NCBI GenBank assembly: GCA_013239625.1
Contig: MU054391.1
Coordinates: 8,961,095-9,025,094, forward strand
Reading direction: 5' to 3'
DNA from: Lama guanicoe
Lineage: Eukaryota
Length of the DNA stretch: 64,000 bases
Shown here one piece after another: positions 14,006-26,080 of this stretch; positions within the stretch are counted from its first letter, which is position 1; each line of letters opens with the position of its first letter. The notes beneath the pieces are model-generated. The model saw nothing but the letters and a program-made list of their open reading frames with translations, was not told the DNA's origin and ran no database searches. The position numbers were made by a program, and so were the translations under genes.

Positions 14006-16741
14006 TTTTTTTTAATTGAAGTAGAGTCAGTTACAATATGTCAATTTCTAGTGTACAGCAAAATGTTCCAGTTAGGCATGTACATATATTCATTTTCATA
14101 TTCTTTTTCACCAAAGGTTATTACAAGATATTGGATATAGTTCTCTGTGCTATGTAGGAGAAAATTGTTTTTGTTTTTGTTTTTAATCTATTTTTATAGA
14201 TAGTAACTAACATTTGCAAATCTCAAACTCCCAAATTTGTCCCTTCCCACCCCCTTTCCTCAGTAACCATAAGATTGTTTACTATGTCTGCAAGTCTATT
14301 ACTGTTTTTTAGGTAAGTTCATAGTGTGCTTTTTTTTTTCTAGATTCTACATATGAGTGGTATCATATGGTATTTTTCTTTCTCTTTCTGGCTTACCTCA
14401 CTTAGAATGACAATCTCTACTTCCATCCATGTTGCTGCAAATGGCATTATTATTTTTTATGGCTCAGTAATATTCCATTATATAAATATACCACAACTTC
14501 TTTATCCAGTCATCTGTCAATGGACATGTAAGTTGTTTCCATGTATTGGCTATTGTATATAGTGTTTCTGGAAACATTGGGATGCATGTATCTTTTCAAA
14601 TCAGAGTTCTCTTTGGATACATGCCCAGGAGTGGGATTGCTGGCTCATATGGTTAAGTCTATTTTTAGTATTTTGAGGACTCTCCATACTGTTTTCCATA
14701 TGGCTGCACCAAACTACATTCCCATCAGCAGTGTAGGAGGGCTTCCTTTTCTCCACACCCTCTCCAACATTTATCATTTGTAGACTTTCGAATGATGGCC
14801 ATTCTGACTGGTGTGAGGTGATATCTCATTGTAGTTTGGATTTTCATTTCTCTGATAATTAGCGATACTGATCACTTTTTCATGTGCCTATTGGCTATTT
14901 GTATCTCTTTATTGGAGAATTGCTTATTTAGGTCTTCTGCCCATTTTTGGATTGGTTTGTTTGTTTATTTGTTAAGTTGTACAAGCTGTTTATATACTCT
15001 GGAAATTAAGCCTTTGTCAGTCGCATCATTTACAAATATTTTCTCCCATTCAATAAGTTGTCTTTTTGTTTTGCTTTTGGTTTCCTTTGCTGTGCAAAAG
15101 CTTATATGTTTAATTAGGTCCCATTTGTTTATTTGTGCTTTTATTTCTATTGCCTGGCTAGATTGCCCTAGGAGGACATTGTTAAGATTTATGTCAAAGA
15201 ATGTTTTGCCTATGTTTTCCTCTAGGAGATTTATCATGTCTTGTTTTATATTTAAGTCTTTAAGCCATTTTGAGTTTATTTTTGTGTATGGTGTGAGGGA
15301 GTGTTCTAAGTTCATTGATTTACATGCTGCTGTCCAGTTTTCCCAATACCACTTGCTGAAGAGACTGTCTTTCCTCCATTGTATATTCTTGCCTCCTTTG
15401 TTGAATACTAACTGACCATAGGTCTGTGGGTTTATTTCTGGGCTCTCTAATCTGTTCCATTGATCCATATGTTTGTTTTTATGCCAATACCATGCTGTTT
15501 TGATGACTGTAGCTCTGTAGTATTGTCTGAAGTCTGGGAGGGTTATTCCTCCAGCTTCTTTCTTTTTCTTCAATATTGCTTTGGCCATTCTGGGTCTTTG
15601 TGATTCCATATAAATTTCAGGGTTATTTGTTCTAGTTCTGTGAAAAATGTCCTGGATAATTTGATAGGGATCGCATTAAATCTGTAGATTGTTTTGGGCA
15701 GTATGGTCATTTTAATGATATTGATTCTTCCAATCCAAGAGCATGGGATATCTTTCCATTTCTTTTAAGTCATCTTTAATTTCCTTTATCAATGTTTTGT
15801 AGTTCTCCATGTATAAGCCTTTCACCTCCTTGGTCAGATTTATTCCTAAGTATTTTATTGTTTTGGATGTGATTTTAAAAGGGATTGTTTCTTTATTTTC
15901 TTTTCCTGCTAAGTCATTGTTAGTATAAAGAAATACAGCTGATTTTTGTATGTTAATCTTGTATCTGCTACCTTGCTGAATTCTTTTATCAGCTCTAGTA
16001 GTTTTGTCTGGAGCTTTTGGGGTTTTCTATATATAGTATCGTGTCATCTGTATATAGTGACAATTTTACCTCTTCTCTTCCCATTTGGATCCCTTTTATC
16101 TCTTTCATGCCTGACTGCTGTGGCTAGGACTTCTAAGACTCTGTTGAATAGTGGTGAGAGTAGGCATCCTTGTCTTCTTCCAGACTTTAGTGGGAAGGCT
16201 TTCAGTTTTTCACCACTGAGTATGATGCTGGCTGTGGGTTTGTCATAAATAGCTTCTACTATGTTGAGATACGTTCCCTCTATATCCACTTTGGTAAGAA
16301 TTTTTATCATAAATGGGTGCTGAATTTTATCAACTGCTTTTTCTGCATCTATTGAGATGATCATGTGATTTTTGTCCTTTCTTTTGTTGATGTGGTATAT
16401 AACATTGATTTGCGTACGTTGAACCGTCCTTGTGTCCCTGGGATGAATCTAGCTTGATGGTGTATGATCTTTTTATGTGCTGTTGGATTCTGTTTGCTTA
16501 TATTTTGTTGGGGATTTTTGCATCTATGTTCATATGTGATATTGGCCTGTAACTTTCTTATTTGGTAGTGTCTCTGGTTTTGGTATCAGGGTGATAGTGG
16601 CTTCATAGAATGAGTTTGGGAGTACTCCCTCCTTTTCAGTCTTTTTGAAGAGTTCGAGAAGGACCTGTATGAATTCTTTATATGTTTGGTAGAATTCCCC
16701 ATTGAAGGCATCTGGGCCTGGACTTTTGTTTGTAGGGAGAT
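14006..16741 (-). mobile_element. Young camelid-type L1, 5'-truncated (RT to poly-A), ORF2 frameshifted
   Basis: ORF2 peptides at 14965-15609 ([23 protein letters not shown]...INKWDLIK) and 16044-16364 ([21 protein letters not shown]...RQGCLLSPL). Poly-T followed by attgaagtagagtcag marks the 3' end. TSD-like taattcactagat / taattgactagat. Confidence 0.95.
14965..15609 (-). pseudogene. L1 ORF2p C-terminal fragment (214 aa open, non-functional)
   Basis: Translation matches recognisable L1 ORF2p motifs, but the adjacent frames are broken. Confidence 0.9.
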
Positions 16742-17694
16742 TAATTGACTAGATTTTAAAGCAGTATTTTCACTGTGGTTCAGTCCATCATAAAATATTT
16801 CCAGAGAACTTGTTTTGGGTCAGCCCTGTCCTGATAGTGGGAACACAGCACTGAGGAAGTGGGCCAAGTCATTGTTCGCGTAGGTCATACACGACTCACC
16901 CACACCCTATTGCGAAAGCAAATGTATAGCAATTCCTCTAAGTTTTGCTTTTATTTTGACTTCACTTATATACCTGAGTTCTTTTTAAATTGGAAAACGA
17001 AAAGGATGGTGAAAGTCATGTCCAGGGAGTTTTTCTCATCAAAGTGAGATACAGTCAAAACATTTTGACACTTGAGCATTAAATCTTGTCCAAATTCCTG
17101 TGGTTCTCTTCTTCAGGGATATTGCTCAGGGCCCTCTGTTCTGGATGAGATACTAAAATAGCATTCTCCAAATAGTCTCAAACTAAAACCCACAAAATCC
17201 TGCTTTTACTCCCTGCCTCAATCTCCTAATTTGGATCCAAAGTTCCCTTAAGAAATTTAATGCAGCATGGCCGTCACGCAACCCATCACGAAGCAACTGA
17301 ACTTCTCAGACTCCCCCCTTAAGGCTCTGCCACCTCCCTCTCTCTGCAACCAAGCTGGGCTTTTATTTCCTGCTGGGTGCTCTAGCTAAAGCCTCCCTGC
17401 ATGTTTTCTGGGCAGCAGACACAATTCCAATATGGGCAAGACAGCCTGGTAAAAATTGCTCCTGGTTGAGCATATGTGAGTTGCACAGCACAGGAACAGG
17501 CTCGGTAATCATTCCATTCACTGGTCTGAGCTGGCCCTCTGATGGGAAATTGTAATGAGGCTGTGTGAGTCACCATTACTCTCCAAATAACAGATCCATC
17601 TTACAGATGAGAAGAGAGGGGTTTTTCCAAAGCCACTCCATTGTTTTGGGTATGTGCGCTTTAACGTCCAGAATCCATTTTTATTGATTTAAGT

Positions 17695-17905
17695 GTCATC
17701 CTAGAGAAAGAGCACGAGCTTTCAGGCTGGTCACACCTGCTTTCTGTCAAGGTTCGACCTCCTCTTGGCTGGCTGACATGAGACATTCGTACCCTATCTT
17801 CTTTGTCACATGTAAGGTGGGAAAATTTATGTCTGTTCTAGATTTTGGAATTAGATACAAACTAAGTAAAATTTCTAGTACTTAGTAGGTACTCAAAACA
17901 CATAT
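17695..17905 (+). mobile_element. MIR SINE remnant
   Basis: aaagagcacgagctttcagg...tagtaggtactcaa. Confidence 0.55.
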
Positions 17906-18344
17906 TAATTATTCACTAAATGGTAGTGAATAATTTCATTTCTAAATTTGAATAAGCTTCAAGTCAGACCTATTTATAATGGAGCAGCCTTTAAACATGT
18001 CTCAGTGTGTATTTACGCCACAAAACCAGACAGCGAGAAATGGATCCTCAGAGATGAGCTAATCTCACGGTTTTATTTGTTTAATGTACAAAATACTTTC
18101 TTGAAATAAAATATCATTTAACATCCCTGATATGAAGAGATGAAAGATGAGCTTTGCTAGTTGAAACTGGAATTCGATCCCCCCATTCCCCAGATTTGAG
18201 CCAGAAGGACCTCACGTGAGCTTCACTGGACTCCTGAAAGCTGCTAACCACATTTTCTAGTGTAGACAGAAGACTTTCCCAAGATCACATCAACACCAAC
18301 TAGGATTAGTTCAGGGCAACTCTAGGGCCAAAGTTTTTACGTTT

Positions 18345-18930
18345 AGCTTATTTCATTCATTCAATAAACATGACTGAGAAAAGACCACTGTGCCACTAGG
18401 CGTTGCCCCAAGTTTTATAGTAGTTAAAGGTGATAAGGTCTCCACTCTGTCCTGGGGCAGGTGAACTGAAGGGGAAGCAGGTGAGGACACCCCCAAAGAA
18501 GTTCAAGGTGAAATACAAACACATTCTGAGAGAAGGGGCATAAAATACCGTGGAGGAGTGAAAAGAGGAGTAATCTGTGTTTGTTAGAACATGAAGTTGC
18601 AGGAGGCCAAGAGTAATTGCTTCTAAAGAGAGCCTTGAAAGAATGGAATAATCACCAGGCGGAACTACAGAGAGAACACGCCAGAGGCACAGAAGCATAG
18701 GATCAGGAGAGCATCTTCTAGGAATAATGACTATTTCAAGTTTGCTGGACCATAATTACACAAGGAGAAGTGGCGGGGCCCAAGAATTTTATTTTAGTTT
18801 TGTTCAGTGTTACGTAGGGTCTCAAAGGCCTGGCCAAGATGCTTGGACTTGATCCTGGCAGGCAGTGAACAGCCACTGAGGGACCATCAGGGCCTGAAGG
18901 ACGTATTTAGAGCTGTGAATGTTCTGATGC
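18345..18930 (-). mobile_element. L2 3' fragment
   Basis: ttcattcattcaataaac tail and gatgcttggacttgatcctggcaggcagtgaacagccactga. Confidence 0.7.
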
Positions 18931-19099
18931 TAATTAGGAGCAAAATCTGCATTTAACAACCCCGAAATACCTTTGATGACTCTGTTTATCTTATTTTAAT
19001 GCATCTCTCCTAAAGAGTTAAATTCTCAGTAGTCCACAGTTCCTGCTCTCTCTTCCAGCTAATCACTAAGAATGCTTTTTTTTGAAGTCTGGGGAGAAG

Positions 19100-19275
19100 A
19101 GAAAAATACTACTATTTATTGAGTACTTATTACCTAATAAATATTATTCATTCTTCATATCTATGATCTCTCATTGTGGTTTTCAGATATGGAAACCAGT
19201 GATTAAATACCTTGTCCAGGACACACAGTTAGTGGAAGGTATAAAGGTGAGAGTCTGACTCAGGTCTGTAGACTC
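19100..19275 (-). mobile_element. MIR SINE remnant
   Basis: tatttattgagtactta...cagatatggaaaccag...cttgtccaggacacacagttagt. Confidence 0.65.
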
Positions 19276-19809
19276 GAGAATGTGTGCTTCTGCGCTCTGT
19301 GAGTTTCTAGAACAGACTTCAGCAGAATCACAACTGTCTCGAGTCGTGTCTGGAAGCTGGGGGCAGGGCACAGATTTTTCTCTTCATAAGGAAAATGTTT
19401 CTTTCACAGAGAATTCCCAACAGTGCTAGTCACTGAAGATTCACACCCTTCAGATCCTTCTGTGAGGTTGCATTAAGACCTGGGCACTTGCGCAAGGCCC
19501 TGAGGGTATCAAGCCCAGTAAATGGAGCTCAAGTCAGGGAAGGCTGGGGGAGAAAAACAAAAGAACCTCTGGGAAACATGCCCGGAGCCTGGCACCCTAA
19601 TTGGTGAATGTTTTGAAAAAAACATTTGATGTTACTTGAGTCTGAGGCCTGAGGTCTTCTGCTAACAACATCTGAGTGCGTCTGTGCAGGGAAGAGTTAA
19701 TAGACGTGGGAGAAGGAAGTTTACTTGGACACTCAGCCATGAAGAACTCAGGATTCAGTACCATATCTTTCTCATCTCGTTCCTCTTTCCTCCAAACAAA
19801 ATTTCATCT

Positions 19810-20075
19810 ATGTAGATGACTCTCGTTACACAGTCATGAGACCAGGAACTCTCTGTTGGGATTGCCTGAGTTCAAATGTTGGCTCTCATACTTAGTTCTG
19901 GGACGATTTGGGGCTTATTCGTAAACTTCTTTAGTCTTCAGTTTTCTCATCTGTAAAATGGAATGCTAAAACTACCTCACAGAGTAGAATTAGACAGGTT
20001 AATATACGCAAAAGCACTTGAAACAGTGGCTGGCAGGTAGTATCACTGTATAATAAAAATATTTGCTACTATTTT
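19810..20075 (+). mobile_element. MIR SINE
   Basis: Core cagttttctcatctgtaaaatgga and tail gcacttgaaacagtggctggca...tattttattat. Confidence 0.8.
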
Positions 20076-20287
20076 ATTATTATTGCCATTAATAATAATG
20101 ATGTATTCTCAGTGCCTAGAACACTACTATCGAAAATAGGTCCTAAATGATCTTCGGGTTAATGGAAAGATTAATGAAAATTCTACCAAAGTCTAATTTC
20201 TATGAGAAATTTAGTTTTTATCAAAGCAACATCAAACCATAAAGCTCTCAGGAGTGACTGCTCACCGAGGCAAAGCTAAGCATTCAG

Positions 20288-20803
20288 CGTTGTCCACTGA
20301 GATGAAATGTACAACCTCTACGTTGAGAGTTGCGTTTCACTTGGCAGACTTTCTGACGACTTGAACCTGGGAGGCAGCCTCTCAGATCACACTCTAGGAG
20401 GCTCTTCTGCCGAGCCAAGGAAGGAGCCAGGATATACAGGCGTTTTTGGCAACCAAGACCAGGTAGTTGGCACATTAAGACAGTACTGTTAATTAAAGAA
20501 AGCCAGATATTTCAAGTTAAGGAATTTAGCACTTTTCTATATACGGGAAGGTACAAAGGTCTGGGCTCATTGAAATCATATCTTTGATATGCACCTTAGC
20601 TTTCTAGGACCAGTATCCTGTTCTTTCCCATCCTAAGTTCCCTTAGGGGGCACCGTTGTGGGTGGCAGCAGAGGCCAGGATGCCTGCTTGTCTGCATCCT
20701 GAGTTGCCCCCACTCCCTGTCAGGGGTGGAGGTAGTGGCTGATGACTTGATGGCCACAGCATCCTTTGTTTACCGATATGGCTGGCAATATTTTTCATTC
20801 ACA
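20288..20803 (-). mobile_element. ERV1 solo LTR, MER41-like (cetartiodactyl type)
   Basis: Matches my recollection of the MER41_BT-type consensus (ggcagcctctcagat...ggagccaggatata...tgttaattaaagaaa...caagttaaggaatttagc...catcctttgtttac). The element ends in ...ttcattcaca. Confidence 0.75.
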
Positions 20804-20934
20804 GTAGATTACAATTCCTGATACTCAAGATGCAGGGTGATTAGGATTCATATTCTTCAGACCCTGTATAGAGCACTTAGAACATATATGTGTATGTATA
20901 TATATATAGTATTCATTTAGCACTATTAGCAAAA

Positions 20935-21135
20935 ATTCTTACTCTTTCTTTAATCCAGTTATTCCACTTAGGAGATAAAATACAGTCCAACAAAAAGCTT
21001 TACACACAAAGATGTTCACCATGTTATTTACAATAGCAACAAAATTCTGAATTAGCTACACACCTGTACAGAGCAAAATGAATAAACAAATTGGCAAACA
21101 TTCCATGAAAGGATTAGCCAGACTTCTAAAATGTC
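20935..21135 (+). mobile_element. Old L1ME 3' fragment
   Basis: tttaatccagttattccacttagg...aaagatgttcaccatgttatttacaatagcaa. Confidence 0.6.
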
Positions 21136-21529
21136 ATATGCTAAGGATGTTGGCTATGTTACAAGTATCTTCTTCTAAGAGAGCTTTGTGCATCAGTATG
21201 TAGGAATGATTGCCAAGTTCCTGAGGAGGGGGTAGGAAACTCACATCTAGAACATGTTTTGCTTGACTTGGGATCTGTGAACAGATCCAGACATTCTATG
21301 AACCTTCTGCATTTTATGCAAAAGTCTATTTATATGGGTAGTGTCTATGATGTGTAGCAAGTTTTATTTCTGTGTCTGTGATCTCCTCAACAAGGTAGGC
21401 ACCAGTGTTTGGGAGCATCTCTAAGTCCAGATTTATGCTACTTTGAGTAGATTAGCTATAGACCCATGTATCAAGGTAAGACAAAATATGATATCAAATC
21501 TACAGGCATGTCACTCAAAGATTCATATA

Positions 21530-21745
21530 AGACTTGGGTAATCTGTTGCCCACAGACCAAACCTGGCCATGCTTGTTGTTTTTGTATGGCCCATAAACTA
21601 ATTTTTTAAAAATATTTGTAAAGAGTTATGAGCAAGGGGTCAGGGGAAGGGTAAGGAAGAAAAAGAGATGAGACGGAGACCACATGAGGCCTGCAAAACC
21701 TAAATATTTATTCTGACCTTTACAGAAAAAGTCTGCCAACCTCTG
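21530..21745 (+). mobile_element. MER58-like (MER58B-type) hAT-Charlie MITE
   Basis: gtttttgtatggcccataaactaa...ggcctgcaaaacctaaatattt...cctttacagaaaaagtctgccaacctctg. Confidence 0.75.
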
Positions 21746-22945
21746 TGATCATTAGAACGATGCCAAGAGGTAGAAGAATTTCCATAGACAACTTCGTGCC
21801 TGTCCTTTCATTTTCCATAAAAAGTGAAATTTAACATAATTTTTCTCAAAAATCATTTGAACTAGTTAGTTGAGTGATTGCCGAACAGAACTTCAGGAAT
21901 GATGTGAAAGGCCACTGAATTGTCTGAAGTTGAATTTTCTCAGCATAAAGCTCATTGAATCTTAGACTGGAAAACAAAAGGGAGATAATTAGGAGTATTC
22001 ATTCTCAGTGTGAACGTTACCAGGTACAACGAAACTGAGTCTTTGGTGTAGGTCTGCTAGAACCTTTATTTGGGAAGAATGCTGAAGGCTAGTGACTGTA
22101 TACAATTGGAAAAAAATTAAGAATTTTATTTATATTTAAATATTGCAGACTAATTTAGGACTTAGCAAGGGATTTGAGCCCTTAAAATATATGAAAATAC
22201 TTTGGTGATATAGTTCCATAGATGGCTATTTGTGCTTCTTTACACTAAAGAGGCCCATCCTGGATTTGGGGTCAGGGTTTAATTTGGCTTAAATATCTTA
22301 TCTTGCTAGGCCTTCACTGAGTCGCTCAAATTAATGAGGTTTTCTTGTATTTGGCTAATGGAAGGCCTTTGCCAAGACTGAGTTCCGCTCCACTTCTCAG
22401 CTGTGACCAGAAGATGCCTATCAATTTCAAGAGGGAAAAGAACATCGTGTGATGGTACCATTTGGAGGGTATTTCAGGAGAAGGCAGTCTAGCAGAGAGC
22501 ACTGTGGGAAGTTTTGAGACTGCCACAGACAGAGGGTGTTTCTGAGATCTTTGTCCGTTTGTGGGTGAGCCAGCCTGAGGCAGTGGAAAGAAGGTCAGAG
22601 AAGCACCAAGCCCCACTCTCCTTCCTGTCTGTGTGAATGTGAGTGAGTCACTTTACTGGGTGGGTGGAAATACCATAACATTATCTGGACTCTTAGGTTC
22701 CTTGTCTCACAGATGCAGCACTGTTCTGAGACCTTCCTTGGACCTCATAGTAAACCAGGACCTGAGTCCTGTCTTTCTCTGGCCCCAGGCCAGCTCTGAG
22801 CTCTACCTGGTGGTCACTATGAACCAAGGAGTCTATCCACATATCAGCGTCGCGGTATTTCTTCAACAAGCTGGCCTCCACATCCACTCTGTTTAGACTT
22901 TTCCTGAATTCTACTACAGACATTAAACATAGGGTTGACCATTCA

Positions 22946-23173
22946 TTTTTTTAATTTGAGGCAATGTTGTGTCAATTTCTTGTGTATAGCACAATGCTTC
23001 AGTCACGTAGGAACGTACATAGATTTGTTTTCATATTCCTTTCCACCATAAGTTACTACAAGATATTGAATATAGTTCCCTGTCCTGTACAGTCTGACCT
23101 TGTTTGTTGGAGTAATTCTTGGTGTATGTGTGGGAGAGGGAGTTGCTCTACTCCGCCATCTTGGCTCAACCCC
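22946..23173 (-). mobile_element. Short L1-derived retroposon: L1 5' end fused to L1 3' end with poly-A
   Basis: Minus strand reads ggggttgagccaagatggcggagtagag...ctcccacacatacaccaagaatt (L1 5' UTR start), then aacaaggtcagactgtacaggacagggaactatattcaatatcttg...aaattaaaaaaa (L1 3' UTR end). TSD tgaccattc / tggccattc. Confidence 0.8.
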
Positions 23174-25599
23174 TGGCCATTCCTTCTTTTTCATTCACTT
23201 ATTCAATCTGATATTTTGCAGTACAATTTAACCAATTTTTGTCTCAATAGCTATTAGACCAGCTTCTAAAGACTTGAGGTCTGTCCTCATGCTGGCCTTG
23301 GGAAAAACAGAACCCATATCAGTTTACTGAGTCTGCTCTGCATGAACTTTGGCCCCAGCTGACCAGACAACCCTGCACAGGTGGAATTCCCTCATCACAT
23401 ACTTAATATTATACCAAAGTAACTTTACACCAAAAGGTTGTTTCAAACCTTGGGATTACTGTCCCCCCAGGACGGTCATTCTAGCTTACTCCACACACTG
23501 TTGGTTCTTAAAATCAACTACTCCCTCTTTACACAGTTCTGTACTTCCCTAAACCCCGTTCTTTCTGCTCTTTCACTCAAATCTGCATTCTCCTGGTGAA
23601 CAAGGTTTCCTACAGATGTAATTAGTTTGCTGTGTGTTTCCTCAGATCTAAACACAACTTGGCCCTGAGAATTCCCCTTCCCCTGTAGCTCCAACAAAGG
23701 ACTATGAAGTCAGCGTCCTTCCCTCACCCCATACTGCACCTGATCGCTTTTATTTATCCTTATGTAAAGTCCTGTTGCAACTGGAAATCATAGTTACCTC
23801 CAAACAGATCACATGAAATAACAATGGAAGTTTAGTTGCTTTTAACTGGAGGGTCACACTGGTCATCACTGTTTTACTGGAAGCTCCGATTAGCAATGCA
23901 GTGTCCCTTTGCTAACACAAATACAGGAATTTGAATCATCACATAGGTAATGAAGTTTGCTTGGCAAAACTTTAAAAACAAAGAAATTCTTAGGGGAACA
24001 GCTTAACAGAAAAGGCTTTTAATGGTGAAAATTTGGAAACCAGAAACTTCAATTTCAGCGTATTTACCTATGCCAAGACCACCTGGGCAAAAGGCTTGAA
24101 CATTAGAAGGGCTGCCAGGAAGTTTGGGCAAGAGCCCAGCGGGCAGCCGAGCTGAGATTCTGGGCCAGGAGAGCTATCAATCAGGTCAGACGTGCCTGGC
24201 TGGTTTATGCCTTCTGAAAACCTCCAAGGTTGATGGTCAACACACGGACCCTCAGATGCAAGCATCCCACTTTCCCTTGCCTGGAAATTTGGGAGCTGGT
24301 CAAACTGTAACACTTAAAGTAACTCATTCACTTTACAGATGAGGAATTTGATGCACGGGAGGGAGAAGTGACTTGTCAGTGTCAGTTTATGGTGGAGGAA
24401 CGAACAGGAAGGTCACCTGTTTCCTTATTTGTTTCTGTTAAGCAGCACGATGATGGGTTGAAACAGGAGTTTTTAAAATATCACCATGGAAGAAATCAAA
24501 ATAAATAATAAAATATATAAAAATATATAATATATAATAAATTTATTTAAAATAATGAAGATTCATTGCAAAGATAAGAAAATATATAGCAAAATTCCTA
24601 TGGCTGAGAAGATCTGGTAGCAATCTTGCTTTCCTGTTAGTATTTGTAGATGCTCAGCTTATACAGTAAGTAAACACTAAGCCTTCACAAGAGGAAATTA
24701 TCTGCATTAATTCTGTGTGTCCAGTTTAATCATTGTGAATAATTGAATCCACCGCTTTCCTTTTCTTGCAGGAATTGTTGAACTGCCTAGTTGTTTATTG
24801 TGCCATAGATGCACTCGGCTGTAGTCAGTTATTAACCTATACATCAGTTATCAAGATATTTTATCAGGATCTGGAACTTAGGATAGCAGATTTAAAAAAA
24901 AAAATCATCGTGGTCTCAAACCTCTCTCCCATGCCAGACTGAGAAAAGACCCAAAACAAGATGGTTCCCGTGTAAGGCGGTCACTCCTGTGTACAGGAGC
25001 TAGGACACAAATAGCTCGGGTGTGCGTGTGAGAACCGATGACATCCGGTGGGGGAAAAAAGGAATTTAATTACAACCTGCCTTTCAGAACTCCAAAAGGA
25101 AAATGGTATGAAGCCTATCTTCCCCAGAGCACCCAAAAAAGGAGAAAAGGCTCACAGGTGTGTTAGATCATGGCACCACCACGGTGGAATTCACTAAGGT
25201 GATGACTTTTCAGTTAATAAACAGGAGTGGAGTGTTCTTCTTCTTCCCGAGGGAATTTATTAGCCTCTCTGTTTTGATTCCCTTTCCCAGCCTTTGGGGA
25301 AGAGAGGAGGTGGGTGATTCCACCGTGTTTGTGTGTCTGGGAGGAGGCTGTGAGCCCTGTTACGGGCACTTGTGACGTGAGGGTTGAATCAGGACACGTA
25401 GTAACTTTGTGCTCATCAGGGTCATGTGGGGAAGGCACTTAGCAAACTTCTCATCAAAGGTCCTCATGCTCCCTGCTCTCACTGCTGGGCACCTATCCCC
25501 TGTCTCTCCATGGCTCAGAACGTCACGTCCACCACAACCGGTGCTCCTCAGCCCGCGCTCTGAACCTGCTAGGACCTTGATTTTAAAAAAGAAAAGGCA

Positions 25600-26080
25600 G
25601 TTTGTCAGATGCTGCCTTTACCTGCAGCGTCAGGTGTAAACATCTACGGGAGCACACAACGCCCTGCCTAACCTGCCTTTCCAGCCTCTTTCTCGTTCCT
25701 CCTCTTAGAAGCCTCAACTTCCTGCAGACCTACCCAGGCACATGGGCATGCATCAGCTTGTTGCCTAGAATGCCCTCGTTTTCCTCTGCTACCCCTTCAA
25801 ATTCTACCAGTTCCCTTACAGTCCAGCTTATACACTCACTGCTTTCTAGAACATGTTGGTAATTGTGGCTCAGAGCAGTAGCACCCTTTTATAACCAAAT
25901 AATTCTCAGTTCCTTAATGTGTAAAGCCCACTGTAGTAGGTGCCTTAAATACCTCTGATTTTTCCACATGTGTGGTCTCTTCCCCCCAATTAGGTGACAA
26001 GTTTCTCAAAGGCAGGATCATACCCGTTGTCACATCCACAGGATGCATGAAGTGGCCTCATCTAGAGAGAAATAAAAACA
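25600..26080 (+). mobile_element. L2 remnant
   Basis: ttgcctagaatgccctc...tctcttccccccaattaggtgacaagtttctcaaaggcagga. Confidence 0.5.

Noticed and set aside
14882..15415. 177-aa hydrophobic plus-strand ORF
   Set aside because: It is the antisense reading of L1 ORF2, a common artefact rather than a membrane protein
22693..22923. 76-aa ORF with protein-like composition (MSVVEFRKSLNRVDVEASLLKKY...)
   Set aside because: No recognisable family, no convincing splice sites and no retrocopy hallmarks such as a poly-A tail or TSD
24750..24900. Strong splice-acceptor-like ctttccttttcttgcag
   Set aside because: It runs into L2-like decayed sequence with no good donor, and such sites occur by chance
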